Below the pieces are notes generated by a model. That model was not told where the DNA came from, did no database searches, and was given only the letters and a program-made list of their open reading frames with translations. A DNA stretch of 64,000 nucleotides, taken from contig CAYPKR010000001.1 of NCBI GenBank assembly GCA_964411375.1, positions 358,629 to 422,628 of the forward strand, read 5' to 3'. This DNA is from an uncultured Candidatus Saccharibacteria bacterium. GTDB taxonomy: Bacteria > Patescibacteriota > Minisyncoccia > Phycocordibacterales > UBA12088. The translations under genes were made by a program, and so were the position numbers. This document shows positions 18,243 to 25,329 of this stretch, in pieces. The stretch's first letter is position 1. Each line of letters begins with the position of its first letter.

Positions 18243-18272
18243 CAAAAAATCCCTTTCAAGGGATTTTTTGTT
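18243..18272. repeat. CAAACAAAAAATCCC-TTTCAA-GGGATTTTTTGTTTG perfect palindrome abutting the tRNA-Tyr 3' CCA
   Basis: 15-bp perfect stem ending 1 nt before the tRNA-Tyr 3' end. Confidence 0.6.
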
Positions 18273-18358
18273 TGGTGCGCCGGGAGGGATTCGAACCCCC
18301 GTAGGCATAAGCCGCTTGGTTTACAGCCAAGTGCGATTGACCACTCCGCCACCGACGC
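18273..18358 (-). tRNA. tRNA-Tyr (anticodon GTA), long variable arm, CCA encoded
   Basis: The reverse complement folds with acceptor GCGTCGG/CCGGCGC (a G-U pair), anticodon stem CTTGG/CCAAG with loop CTGTAAA, a long variable arm, T-arm GGGGG-TTCGAAT-CCCTC and ACCA. Confidence 0.75.
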
Positions 18359-18408
18359 GTTCCCACAAATTATCACGCTCCCTAGAATCTGGGAAGGAGT
18401 GGTGAATA

Positions 18409-18924
18409 TTACTTACAAATCGACGTTGAAGAGGCTATATGTCCCACGGTCGAACTTGAGGTTCCTACAATGCAGATGATACCTCTGCCAAATGCCCCGC
18501 TGCCCACTTCGAGAAATGCAAGAACAGAATAATCATCTGTCTTCGGAGAACTGCCTCCGCCGCTTGAAGAAATGCCATATTGGCACACGCCTGTTGAAGA
18601 TAGAGTACAAACTGTTGTTCCGTTCGGATCCTTAAATTTGGAGAGTTGGGTCATATCAATTCCATTTATTGTTCCCGTGCACGAATTTATATTCGAGCTT
18701 GCCGCGGTACAGCCTTGAAGCGCTGGACCCGTAGCTCCGGTTGCGAGATTGAGTACGCGCCCAATCTGTTCAAGATCAGAAATACGTTGGGCATCACGCG
18801 CCTTGGTCCTGGCGCTATTCAAGGATGCAAGAACAACTGATGAGAGAATGCCGATGATTGCGATGACCACGAGAAGTTCGATAAGCGTGAATCCATAACT
18901 CCTCCTTATTTGGGGGCTGCTCAT
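18409..18924 (-). CDS. type IV pilin / pseudopilin (class III signal peptide)
   Basis: N-terminus MSSPQIRRSYG|FTLIELLVVIAIIGIL with the prepilin-peptidase site G-F and a Glu at +5. The remainder is Ser/Thr/Gly-rich with 6 Cys. Confidence 0.7.
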   Translation of the reverse strand: MSSPQIRRSYGFTLIELLVVIAIIGILSSVVLASLNSARTKARDAQRISDLEQIGRVLNLATGATGPALQGCTAASSNINSCTGTINGIDMTQLSKFKDPNGTTVCTLSSTGVCQYGISSSGGGSSPKTDDYSVLAFLEVGSGAFGRGIICIVGTSSSTVGHIASSTSICK

Positions 18925-19075
18925 ACTGATGTAGTTCAAATTAATTACAACAAATTTATCATAGCATCCTTCAAGGAAGCGGCGCAGGGTTCCGAGGCCG
19001 AGGTGGGGAAATCTTTCCCCGCGTTCTGTGTATAAAAACAGCCATATCGTCGCATTTTATCGTTATACTAATTTC

Positions 19076-20053
19076 ATGAAGTATCTTGCATGGCTCCTTG
19101 CCTTGCTCTCGTTTTCGATTATCCCGACGGCCGTGTTTGCCGCTGGTGGACTTGTACCGTGCGATGGACCGGAGTGTGATATCTGTTCGTTTGTTGCGCT
19201 CGGACAAAAAATCCTCAATTTCCTCGTCTATGCTTCGGTCCTTATTGCGACCATCATGTTCACGTATGCAGGGATTGAAATGCTCATTCATTCCGACAAT
19301 TCCGGAGCGATCTCGCAAGCGCGACATACGTTTATGAATGTACTGATTGGACTCGTCGCAATTCTCGCCGCGTGGCTCATCATCGATACAGTTATGCGCG
19401 TTCTCTTTACCTACAACAATGGTTTTGAAGGAACGGCAGGATACGGAAAGCCTTGGGAGGATATTTTGTGCGCGTATCAATCGGAACCGCCTCCACCCAC
19501 TACCGGAGGCGGTGGAACGACTGCTACCGCAGGAGGGGGTAGCGCGACCGCGGGAGGTGGAGGTGGATCATGCACAGTACAAACGGATGGTGCGTGTAGT
19601 GTGAGTGCGCTGACACCAGTCTTCGATACCGTAGCAAGCCAAGCATCGCAAATCTGCAATGCAGAAAGCGGCGGAAATCCGAACAGTGAAAGTGCTGTGG
19701 ATCGCATTCTCGCTGGCGGACAGGCATTTTCAGTCGGGCTATTTCAAATAAACATGACGCAACATGATCTCACTGCTCCGGCATGCAAGGCGCTAAACGG
19801 CGGTAATCCAATGGATTGCTCCCAATTAGATACTTCTGTAATAGGTCCACCGCTCACTCCACCTGCATTTACCGGCTCAAATCGAAATGCCCGCATTACT
19901 AATACTGCTTTGTACAATGCATGTAGTGCAGCGCTCAAAAATCCTGCGTGCGCAATACAGACTGCCAAACAAATTTACATTGCTGGCGGAGGTCCTTCGC
20001 GCCCAAATTCATGGGCACAGTGGTCGACTGCTGCAACCTGTCATCTTCCGTAA
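19076..20053 (+). CDS. fusion protein: N-terminal VirB2/TrbC-like two-TM pilin domain, Gly/Thr linker, C-terminal lytic-transglycosylase/lysozyme-like domain
   Basis: The start is taken at MKYLAWLL. It has a signal peptide, then PCDGPECDICS, two TM helices (the same layout as array gene 1276) and a GGGTTATAGGG linker. The C-terminal CNAESGGNPNSES...GLFQIN matches the E-S...GL(F/M)QI signature of SLT/Rpf-type transglycosylases. Confidence 0.5.
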   Translation: MKYLAWLLALLSFSIIPTAVFAAGGLVPCDGPECDICSFVALGQKILNFLVYASVLIATIMFTYAGIEMLIHSDNSGAISQARHTFMNVLIGLVAILAAWLIIDTVMRVLFTYNNGFEGTAGYGKPWEDILCAYQSEPPPPTTGGGGTTATAGGGSATAGGGGGSCTVQTDGACSVSALTPVFDTVASQASQICNAESGGNPNSESAVDRILAGGQAFSVGLFQINMTQHDLTAPACKALNGGNPMDCSQLDTSVIGPPLTPPAFTGSNRNARITNTALYNACSAALKNPACAIQTAKQIYIAGGGPSRPNSWAQWSTAATCHLP

Positions 20054-20084
20054 TTTTTGCTCGTAGCATAGTATTAGTACAACC

Positions 20085-20666
20085 ATGAAAATATTCCTCA
20101 AATTTTTTCTCGGCATAGGGGTGATCGGGCTCATTGGAGTTTCCATTCTCTATTTCTTTTTTACGAAACAGCAACCAATCGAGGAGCCAACAACTGGAGA
20201 GGCAACGATAAACGGATTTCCAACAAGTGGCGGTGGAACAATTATCGGAGGAGGATCGGCGGGGAGCACAACAACCACTGGAGAGATTCCTCCCGGCAAG
20301 CGCGCTATTCAGACCCGTGGATCTGACAAGATTGTGGTAAATGATTTCCTCGCAAGTTCAACACCGCATCAGGACGAATATATCGGCGAATATTATTTAC
20401 TGAATGAATCGACGACGACACCGCCATTCCAAATTATTTACACGGCGAAAGATCAGTTTTTCCAGATTTCGATTGAAAAAGCTCCGCTCGGAATTGTCCG
20501 AAAAGATGCAGAAACATTTCTTCTTACCTCGCTCGGTATAAACCAACAGACGGCGTGCTTACTGAAACATTCAGTCGGAGTTCCTAATTGGCTCGATACG
20601 CATTATTCGGGAAAGAATGTGGAATTTAGTTTTTGCCCAGGTACTGTATTGCTTCCAGAAATTTAA
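20085..20666 (+). CDS. membrane-anchored hypothetical protein with Gly/Thr-rich linker
   Basis: 193 aa with an N-terminal TM helix, a GGGTIIGGGSAGSTTTTG linker and a beta-rich C-terminus. Confidence 0.4.
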   Translation: MKIFLKFFLGIGVIGLIGVSILYFFFTKQQPIEEPTTGEATINGFPTSGGGTIIGGGSAGSTTTTGEIPPGKRAIQTRGSDKIVVNDFLASSTPHQDEYIGEYYLLNESTTTPPFQIIYTAKDQFFQISIEKAPLGIVRKDAETFLLTSLGINQQTACLLKHSVGVPNWLDTHYSGKNVEFSFCPGTVLLPEI

Positions 20667-20678
20667 TTTATCCTCGAT

Positions 20679-21617
20679 ATGAAATCAGTAATCCGATTTT
20701 TTACAGTGACGGTAGTTGCATTTATGCCGTTTGTCGTTTTGTATGCCGCGGGTGGACTCGTACCGTGCGACGGACCAGAGTGTGATCTATGTTCACTTGT
20801 CGCGCTCGCTCAGAAAATAATGAATTTCCTGATTTTCATTGCGGTCATTATTGCGACCATCATGTTTGTCTACGCGGGATTCACGATGCTCGTGAATGCA
20901 GACAATGCAGGAAAGCGAAGTGAGGGGCGGAAAATTTTTGTGAATGTACTGATTGGACTCGTCGCAATTCTCGCCGCGTGGCTCATCATCGATACGGTCA
21001 TGAAAGTTCTCTTCGTCAATTCTGAACTCAACAACGATCGGGTCGGGCGCCCGTGGCAGGATATTTTGTGCGAGTTTCAATCCGTAAAGCCGCCACCCGA
21101 TGGGGGTGGAACTGCAACTGCAGGAACAGCTACCGCAGGCACCGCGACTGCTGGCGGTACCGCAACAGCAGGAGGCGGAACCGCAGGTGGTAGTGGTAGC
21201 GGAGCTCCATTGCATCAGGATGCGGCGTTCGCTCTTCTTAATGCAAGTAACATCGCAATACATAGCTCAGGTGATTGTACCGATCCGAATATTTCCACCT
21301 GTACATCTCTTGAAGGAATGCGGCAGGGAACTGTTGCCGGCATCATCAATCTATCGAATAGCGTCTGTGGCTCGGATGGGGGTTGTGTCGTAGTGACCGG
21401 AGGTACGGAAGTAGGGCATGAACCAGGAGTCTGTTCTCATTCAAATGGATGCAAGGCAGACGTTGCATTTAATCCTGCGGTCGATGCATATATCACGACC
21501 TTTGTTCGAATAGGCGACCGGACTGACGGTGCGGCGCAGTATCAGGATAGGTGTGGAAATATCTATGCCCGAGAGTCAGACCATTGGGACATCTCTTTCC
21601 CGAACGCATGCTCCTAA
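20679..21617 (+). CDS. fusion protein: N-terminal pilin-like two-TM domain (paralog of 19076) + (GTATA)n linker + Cys-rich C-terminal domain of unknown function
   Basis: The N-terminal 130 aa is about 75% identical to 19076, including a 55-nt identical DNA tract (20941-20995 = 19335-19389). The C-terminal domain is unrelated and has 12 Cys. Confidence 0.5.
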   Translation: MKSVIRFFTVTVVAFMPFVVLYAAGGLVPCDGPECDLCSLVALAQKIMNFLIFIAVIIATIMFVYAGFTMLVNADNAGKRSEGRKIFVNVLIGLVAILAAWLIIDTVMKVLFVNSELNNDRVGRPWQDILCEFQSVKPPPDGGGTATAGTATAGTATAGGTATAGGGTAGGSGSGAPLHQDAAFALLNASNIAIHSSGDCTDPNISTCTSLEGMRQGTVAGIINLSNSVCGSDGGCVVVTGGTEVGHEPGVCSHSNGCKADVAFNPAVDAYITTFVRIGDRTDGAAQYQDRCGNIYARESDHWDISFPNACS

Positions 21618-21629
21618 TAGGAATCGACC

Positions 21630-21658
21630 TTTGACCGCAGGAAACCCTCGTGCTATAG
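21630..21658 (+). promoter_or_regulatory. sigma-70-like promoter (TTGACC-17-TATAGT) giving a leaderless rpmG mRNA
   Basis: Consensus -35, 17-nt spacer and consensus -10. The ATG at 21668 lies 9 nt after the -10. Confidence 0.5.
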
Positions 21659-21667
21659 TCTCATCCT

Positions 21668-21823
21668 ATGTCACAGGATAACTTGGTAAAAATCAAAAAT
21701 AGCCAGACGGGAGAAATGTATTTCACCCGTAAAAATCGTCGCAAAGTCGAGAAAAAGCTCGACCTTAAGAAGTACTCTCCAAAGCTTCGCAAACACGTTT
21801 CTTTCAAGGAAGTAAAAAAATAA
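21668..21823 (+). CDS. rpmG: 50S ribosomal protein L33
   Basis: 51 aa, [51 protein letters not shown]. It fits the L33 pattern (...Y.T.KN.R...KLELKK..P..RKHV..KE.K). It is absent from the ORF track because it is under 60 aa. Confidence 0.75.
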   Translation: MSQDNLVKIKNSQTGEMYFTRKNRRKVEKKLDLKKYSPKLRKHVSFKEVKK

Positions 21824-21824
21824 T

Positions 21825-21868
21825 CAAAACAACAAACCCCGCCAATTGGCGGGGTTTGTTGTTTTGAT
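21825..21868 (+). terminator. rho-independent terminator
   Basis: AAAACAACAAACCCCGCC-AATT-GGCGGGGTTTGTTGTTTT followed by a T-rich tract. Confidence 0.65.
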
Positions 21869-21912
21869 CACTGCGCCGTACACTTACGGTATTATTCTTT
21901 TACAATTCCGAC

Positions 21913-22203
21913 ATGAATATGGAGGGACAAAATCAGGGAGCGGAAGCAACTCCTGATTTTACAAAAGCGGATACGTGGGAAGATGTCATGACTGTTTTAG
22001 ACACCGTCGAGGGTGTGCAGGGATCCAAGCAGTTCTACCCAGTAGATATGATTCACGAGCAGATGAGTACATACGCTGCTCGACTCGCAGAAGGAAATGA
22101 AGATTTGGCGGCAGATGAACTTGCCCAAATAACTGGAACGGGAGGTCTTCGAGGTGCAGTAGAGCGGGCAGTACAGAAAAGAATTGAAAACGCAAAAAAG
22201 TAA
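21913..22203 (+). CDS. hypothetical acidic protein
   Basis: 96 aa followed by the hairpin AAACCGCC-TTTCGA-GGCGTTT. Confidence 0.35.
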   Translation: MNMEGQNQGAEATPDFTKADTWEDVMTVLDTVEGVQGSKQFYPVDMIHEQMSTYAARLAEGNEDLAADELAQITGTGGLRGAVERAVQKRIENAKK

Positions 22204-22245
22204 CCAAAACCGCCTTTCGAGGCGTTTACCTTCTACTACTCAACT

Positions 22246-22365
22246 TTATCGTCGCTTCTTACTTGCTCGCTTTGTCAACATTTCTCTCTTCGCCGCAAGT
22301 CGCTTTTTTGTTTTCCGTGAGCGAGATTTTCTAGCTCGCGCCGGTCCTGTGTCTCTTTTTGCCAT
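22246..22365 (-). CDS. possible very basic 39-aa protein (ribosomal-protein-like composition)
   Basis: MAKRDTGPARARKSRSRKTKKRLAAKREMLTKRASKKRR; 17 of 39 residues are K/R. The ATG is at 22365 and a terminator hairpin follows. Confidence 0.25.
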   Translation of the reverse strand: MAKRDTGPARARKSRSRKTKKRLAAKREMLTKRASKKRR

Positions 22366-22432
22366 ATGACTCTAGTATATCGTACCGAAAGGGTAAGAGG
22401 AAACATTTACATGTTGGCGGACTATGAGGAAC

Positions 22433-22560
22433 TCGGTCACGGATAATTGTTGCTACGCACAATTTCCGCGACCCGTGAAAAGGTGTCCGTACACCTTTTC
22501 ACCACCGTCGCTATGCGACATGGCTCCGTCTTTCGATTCTGAAGGAGGTCTGCGCAGGCA
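22433..22560 (+). ncRNA. structured non-coding element, copy C (diverged homolog of copies A/B, with T-loop copy of tRNA-Trp)
   Basis: CGGTCACGGATAATTGTTGCTACGCACAATTTCCGCGACCCG aligns to the 44-nt module; the loop GCGTAGC becomes GCTACGC while the stem is kept. It has an inserted 12-bp hairpin, a GTCGC-TAT-GCGAC hairpin conserved with copy A, TTTCGATTCTGAA (a tRNA-Trp T-loop copy) and a GTCTGCG-CAGG-CAGAC hairpin. Confidence 0.5.
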
Positions 22561-22569
22561 GACTTCTGT

Positions 22570-22617
22570 GGCCCGCAAATGTAAAATCCCTCAAAAGGGA
22601 TTTTACATTTGCGGGCC
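22570..22617. repeat. 21-bp perfect palindrome GGCCCGCAAATGTAAAATCCC-TCAAAA-GGGATTTTACATTTGCGGGCC overlapping the tRNA-Trp 3' end
   Basis: The right arm includes the tRNA-Trp acceptor 3' strand (GGGCCC). Confidence 0.6.
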
Positions 22618-22682
22618 CACTCAGAATCGAACTGAGAACGTCGGTTTTGGAGACCGAAATTTTACCGTTAAACTATAGGCCC
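22612..22682 (-). tRNA. tRNA-Trp (anticodon CCA)
   Basis: The reverse complement folds with acceptor GGGCCTA/TGGGCCC (a U-G pair), anticodon stem TCGGT/ACCGA with loop CTCCAAA, T-arm CTCAG-TTCGATT-CTGAG and discriminator G. Confidence 0.75.
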
Positions 22683-22736
22683 AATCGTGACTGTGTAGCC
22701 ATTCTTCCAGAGAATCGGATAAAACTCAAATGGAAA

Positions 22737-23648
22737 TTATTTTTGAGCCCATTTTGAAACTATTGGGAGAATGTTTGGATCAGTACCACTTTCGTACCAC
22801 TGAATATCCGGATTCCGTTTAAACCACCGGAGCTGACGCTTTGCATATTGCCAATCCCCATACTCGAGTCGCTTTGCGAGTTCCTCTTTTGAAATTTTAC
22901 CGTTTAGATATTCAAGCGTCAGTGAAAAATCAAATCCAAGCTCTGATGCGCGTCCAGTGTTGAGTGCGCCGCTTTCATATTCTTTTTGAATTTCTTGAAT
23001 CATGTCGTCGAGTCGCGTCTCAATTCGTTTTTGAATACGTTCGCGAAGAAGTTCATCTTGGGGTTTTAGACCAATTATGAGCGAATCAAATCGTGATTTG
23101 TATAGAGCGGGGATTTCTGGAACTTTGCCAAGCACGGTCGCAATTTCAATCGCACGTATAAGCCGGCGCGGATTTTCTCTTTCAATCGATAGCGTGCGAA
23201 CTGGATCGAGTTCCTCAAGTATTTTGAAAAGTTCTTCTGCTGATTTTTCCGAAAGCTCTGCTCGTAATATTGAATTTTCTTGAACTTCAGGAAATTCTCG
23301 ATCATATAAAACAGCATCAATGTAGTAACCGGTTCCACCACAGAGAATTGGAAGCTTTCCCCGACTTTGAATATCGGCGATAATCGCTTCCGCCCGTTTC
23401 TGATATTCAGCAACTGAAACGCGCTCGGTGATATCCGCGATATTAAGAAGATGGTGGGGAACACCGCTCATTTCTTCTTCGGTTACTTTGACGGTTGTTT
23501 GATCAAATCCGCGATACACCTGTCTGGAGTCAGCAGAAACTACCTCGCCGTCAAAATGTTTCGCGAGCAGAATAGAAAGCGCCGTCTTGCCGGAAGCGGT
23601 TGGTCCAACGATTGCGAGGAGTTTTTGGTTGTCTGTATTGCGTTTCAT
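22737..23648 (-). CDS. miaA: tRNA dimethylallyltransferase
   Basis: 303 aa with the P-loop GPTASGKTALSILLAK and ADSRQVYRG (the MiaA signature). Confidence 0.8.
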   Translation of the reverse strand: MKRNTDNQKLLAIVGPTASGKTALSILLAKHFDGEVVSADSRQVYRGFDQTTVKVTEEEMSGVPHHLLNIADITERVSVAEYQKRAEAIIADIQSRGKLPILCGGTGYYIDAVLYDREFPEVQENSILRAELSEKSAEELFKILEELDPVRTLSIERENPRRLIRAIEIATVLGKVPEIPALYKSRFDSLIIGLKPQDELLRERIQKRIETRLDDMIQEIQKEYESGALNTGRASELGFDFSLTLEYLNGKISKEELAKRLEYGDWQYAKRQLRWFKRNPDIQWYESGTDPNILPIVSKWAQK

Positions 23649-23701
23649 TTCAAGGTAGATTACCTTACGACCAGAACCACCACAACAAGGGACTATTCAC
23701 T

Positions 23702-24367
23702 ATGACTGAGACCGCACACGAACAAGCGCTCCGCTTGTTCAAGGAAGCTGGGGCACTGCTCGAAGGCCATTTTGTCGGCACCTCGGGCAGACATTTGGAA
23801 CATTACGTGAACAAGGATGCACTATATGTATCTCCCTACACCATAAGCACCATCTGTCGGTTGGTTGCGCAGATGATTGCTGAGCTGGGTCTTGGTATAG
23901 ATGTTGTCCTCGGCCCTGCATGCGGCGGTATCGTACTTTCGCAGTGGACAGCATTTCACCTTTCAGAGATCGTTGGTGGCGATGAAGTCCATGCGGTGTT
24001 TGCCGACAAAAATAATGACGGCACACTCGTTCTCAAGCGAGGCTACGATAGGATTGTCAAAGGCAGTCGTGTTCTGGTGACAGAAGATATCTTGAATACA
24101 GGCAAATCTACGCGTCGCTCTGTTGATCTGGTAACTAAACACGGAGGTTTTATAATCGGCGTCAGCGCTTTGTGGAACAGGAGCAGTAAAAATGTTCTTG
24201 ATCTTGGTTTGGGCACGAAGTTGTATCCTCTCATCGAACAGAGCCTTCCTTCGTGGGCCGCAACGCCGCAAGATCCTTGCCCGCTCTGCGACGCGCTTGT
24301 TCCCATTAATACTGAATTCGGTCACGGTCGTAAGTATTTAGCGACGCTTACCGCCTCGAATTCCTAG
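23702..24367 (+). CDS. type-I phosphoribosyltransferase, orotate-PRTase-like
   Basis: The start is taken at MTETAHE. It has the PRPP-binding motif RVLVTEDILNTGKSTRRSV and a C-terminal CPLCD. Confidence 0.55.
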   Translation: MTETAHEQALRLFKEAGALLEGHFVGTSGRHLEHYVNKDALYVSPYTISTICRLVAQMIAELGLGIDVVLGPACGGIVLSQWTAFHLSEIVGGDEVHAVFADKNNDGTLVLKRGYDRIVKGSRVLVTEDILNTGKSTRRSVDLVTKHGGFIIGVSALWNRSSKNVLDLGLGTKLYPLIEQSLPSWAATPQDPCPLCDALVPINTEFGHGRKYLATLTASNS

Positions 24368-24456
24368 ACTTCGCTCGTCTGCACCGCCTCGAAAGAGGCG
24401 GTGCTTTCTTTTTTGCATGTTTTCATATACAGTCTTGCGCAGATCAACTGTGACGC

Positions 24457-25197
24457 ATGTGCGTCCAAACCACGGGAAAAGTAAGGATGACGATAGTCTA
24501 CTTGGCGCTTCATGGTCTGCATATGTATGACAATCAAGCGCTGACCGCTGCGAAGCTCTTCCGCGGTCCCCTCAGATCCTACATCGTTCCGAAAGTAGGA
24601 TTGCCCACGATGAATGCCTTGAGTCCAAGTGGAGTAAAAATGGCGCTCCAAAGGGTTGAGATTCCAACCGGCGGCGATCTCTTTCTAGACCTGAAAATCC
24701 AGACAGGTGATCCACGGGAGGTTCTCGAAATACTTGAGATATGGGGTTCGGTATTCCCGAATGCCTACATAAATGTGTTGCCGGCGGCATTCTATACGTT
24801 ACCGAATGTATTGCCTCAAATACCCGATTCTCGCAGGCTTCGTATTCTCTCGCTCTTCAATATGTCATTTCGAGGAGGAAGTGACCATGCAGACTCAGCT
24901 GTTGAAAGCAGTGTTGAATTCTCTCAACGCTTTGGATGCGATGGGATCATTATGCCGGGTTCTGGTGGTGAGTGGGGATTCGAGTTTGCACGAAGACATG
25001 GACTAAAGATTGTTGTTACCGGAGTTCGCCGACCAGGCGATCGGAATGATGATGTTCATGCGTTACCTGTAGAGCCGGGTGTCGTGCGGGAAATCAATCC
25101 CTTTGCGTTTGTGCTTGGCAATCCGGTTTTGAATGCGACTGATCCCGAAAAGGCACTCTCGGTGTATTTAGAAGAAGCCGGAGCTCTCCAACCTTGA
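24457..25197 (+). CDS. orotidine-5'-phosphate decarboxylase-like (PyrF-like) TIM-barrel protein
   Basis: FLDLKIQTGDP (cf. FLDLKFHDIPNT), KIVVTGVRRPGD (cf. LVTPGIRPQG) and FAFVLGNPVLNATDPEKAL (cf. YMVIGRPVTQSVDPAQTL). The spacing of the second Asp in the DxKxxD motif is altered. A hairpin + T6 terminator follows at 25209-25238. Confidence 0.45.
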   Translation: MCVQTTGKVRMTIVYLALHGLHMYDNQALTAAKLFRGPLRSYIVPKVGLPTMNALSPSGVKMALQRVEIPTGGDLFLDLKIQTGDPREVLEILEIWGSVFPNAYINVLPAAFYTLPNVLPQIPDSRRLRILSLFNMSFRGGSDHADSAVESSVEFSQRFGCDGIIMPGSGGEWGFEFARRHGLKIVVTGVRRPGDRNDDVHALPVEPGVVREINPFAFVLGNPVLNATDPEKALSVYLEEAGALQP

Positions 25198-25246
25198 TTG
25201 TTTTGCGACCCCGAGCGCTAACGTGCTCGGGTTTTTTATATTGTTG

Positions 25247-25329
25247 TGCCCGAGGTGGGAATCGAACCCACACTTCTTGCGAAACACGATTTTGAGTCGT
25301 GCGCGTCTACCAATTCCGCCACTCGGGCA
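25247..25329 (-). tRNA. tRNA-Leu (anticodon CAA), long variable arm
   Basis: The reverse complement folds with acceptor GCCCGAG/CTCGGGC, anticodon stem CACGA/TCGTG with loop CTCAAAA, a long variable arm, T-arm GTGGG-TTCGATT-CCCAC and discriminator A. Confidence 0.8.

Noticed and set aside
22184-22678. Track ORFs 22184-22369 (+) and 22424-22678 (+)
   Set aside because: The first is antisense to the candidate basic small ORF and spans a terminator. The second runs through the structured element, the 21-bp palindrome and tRNA-Trp.
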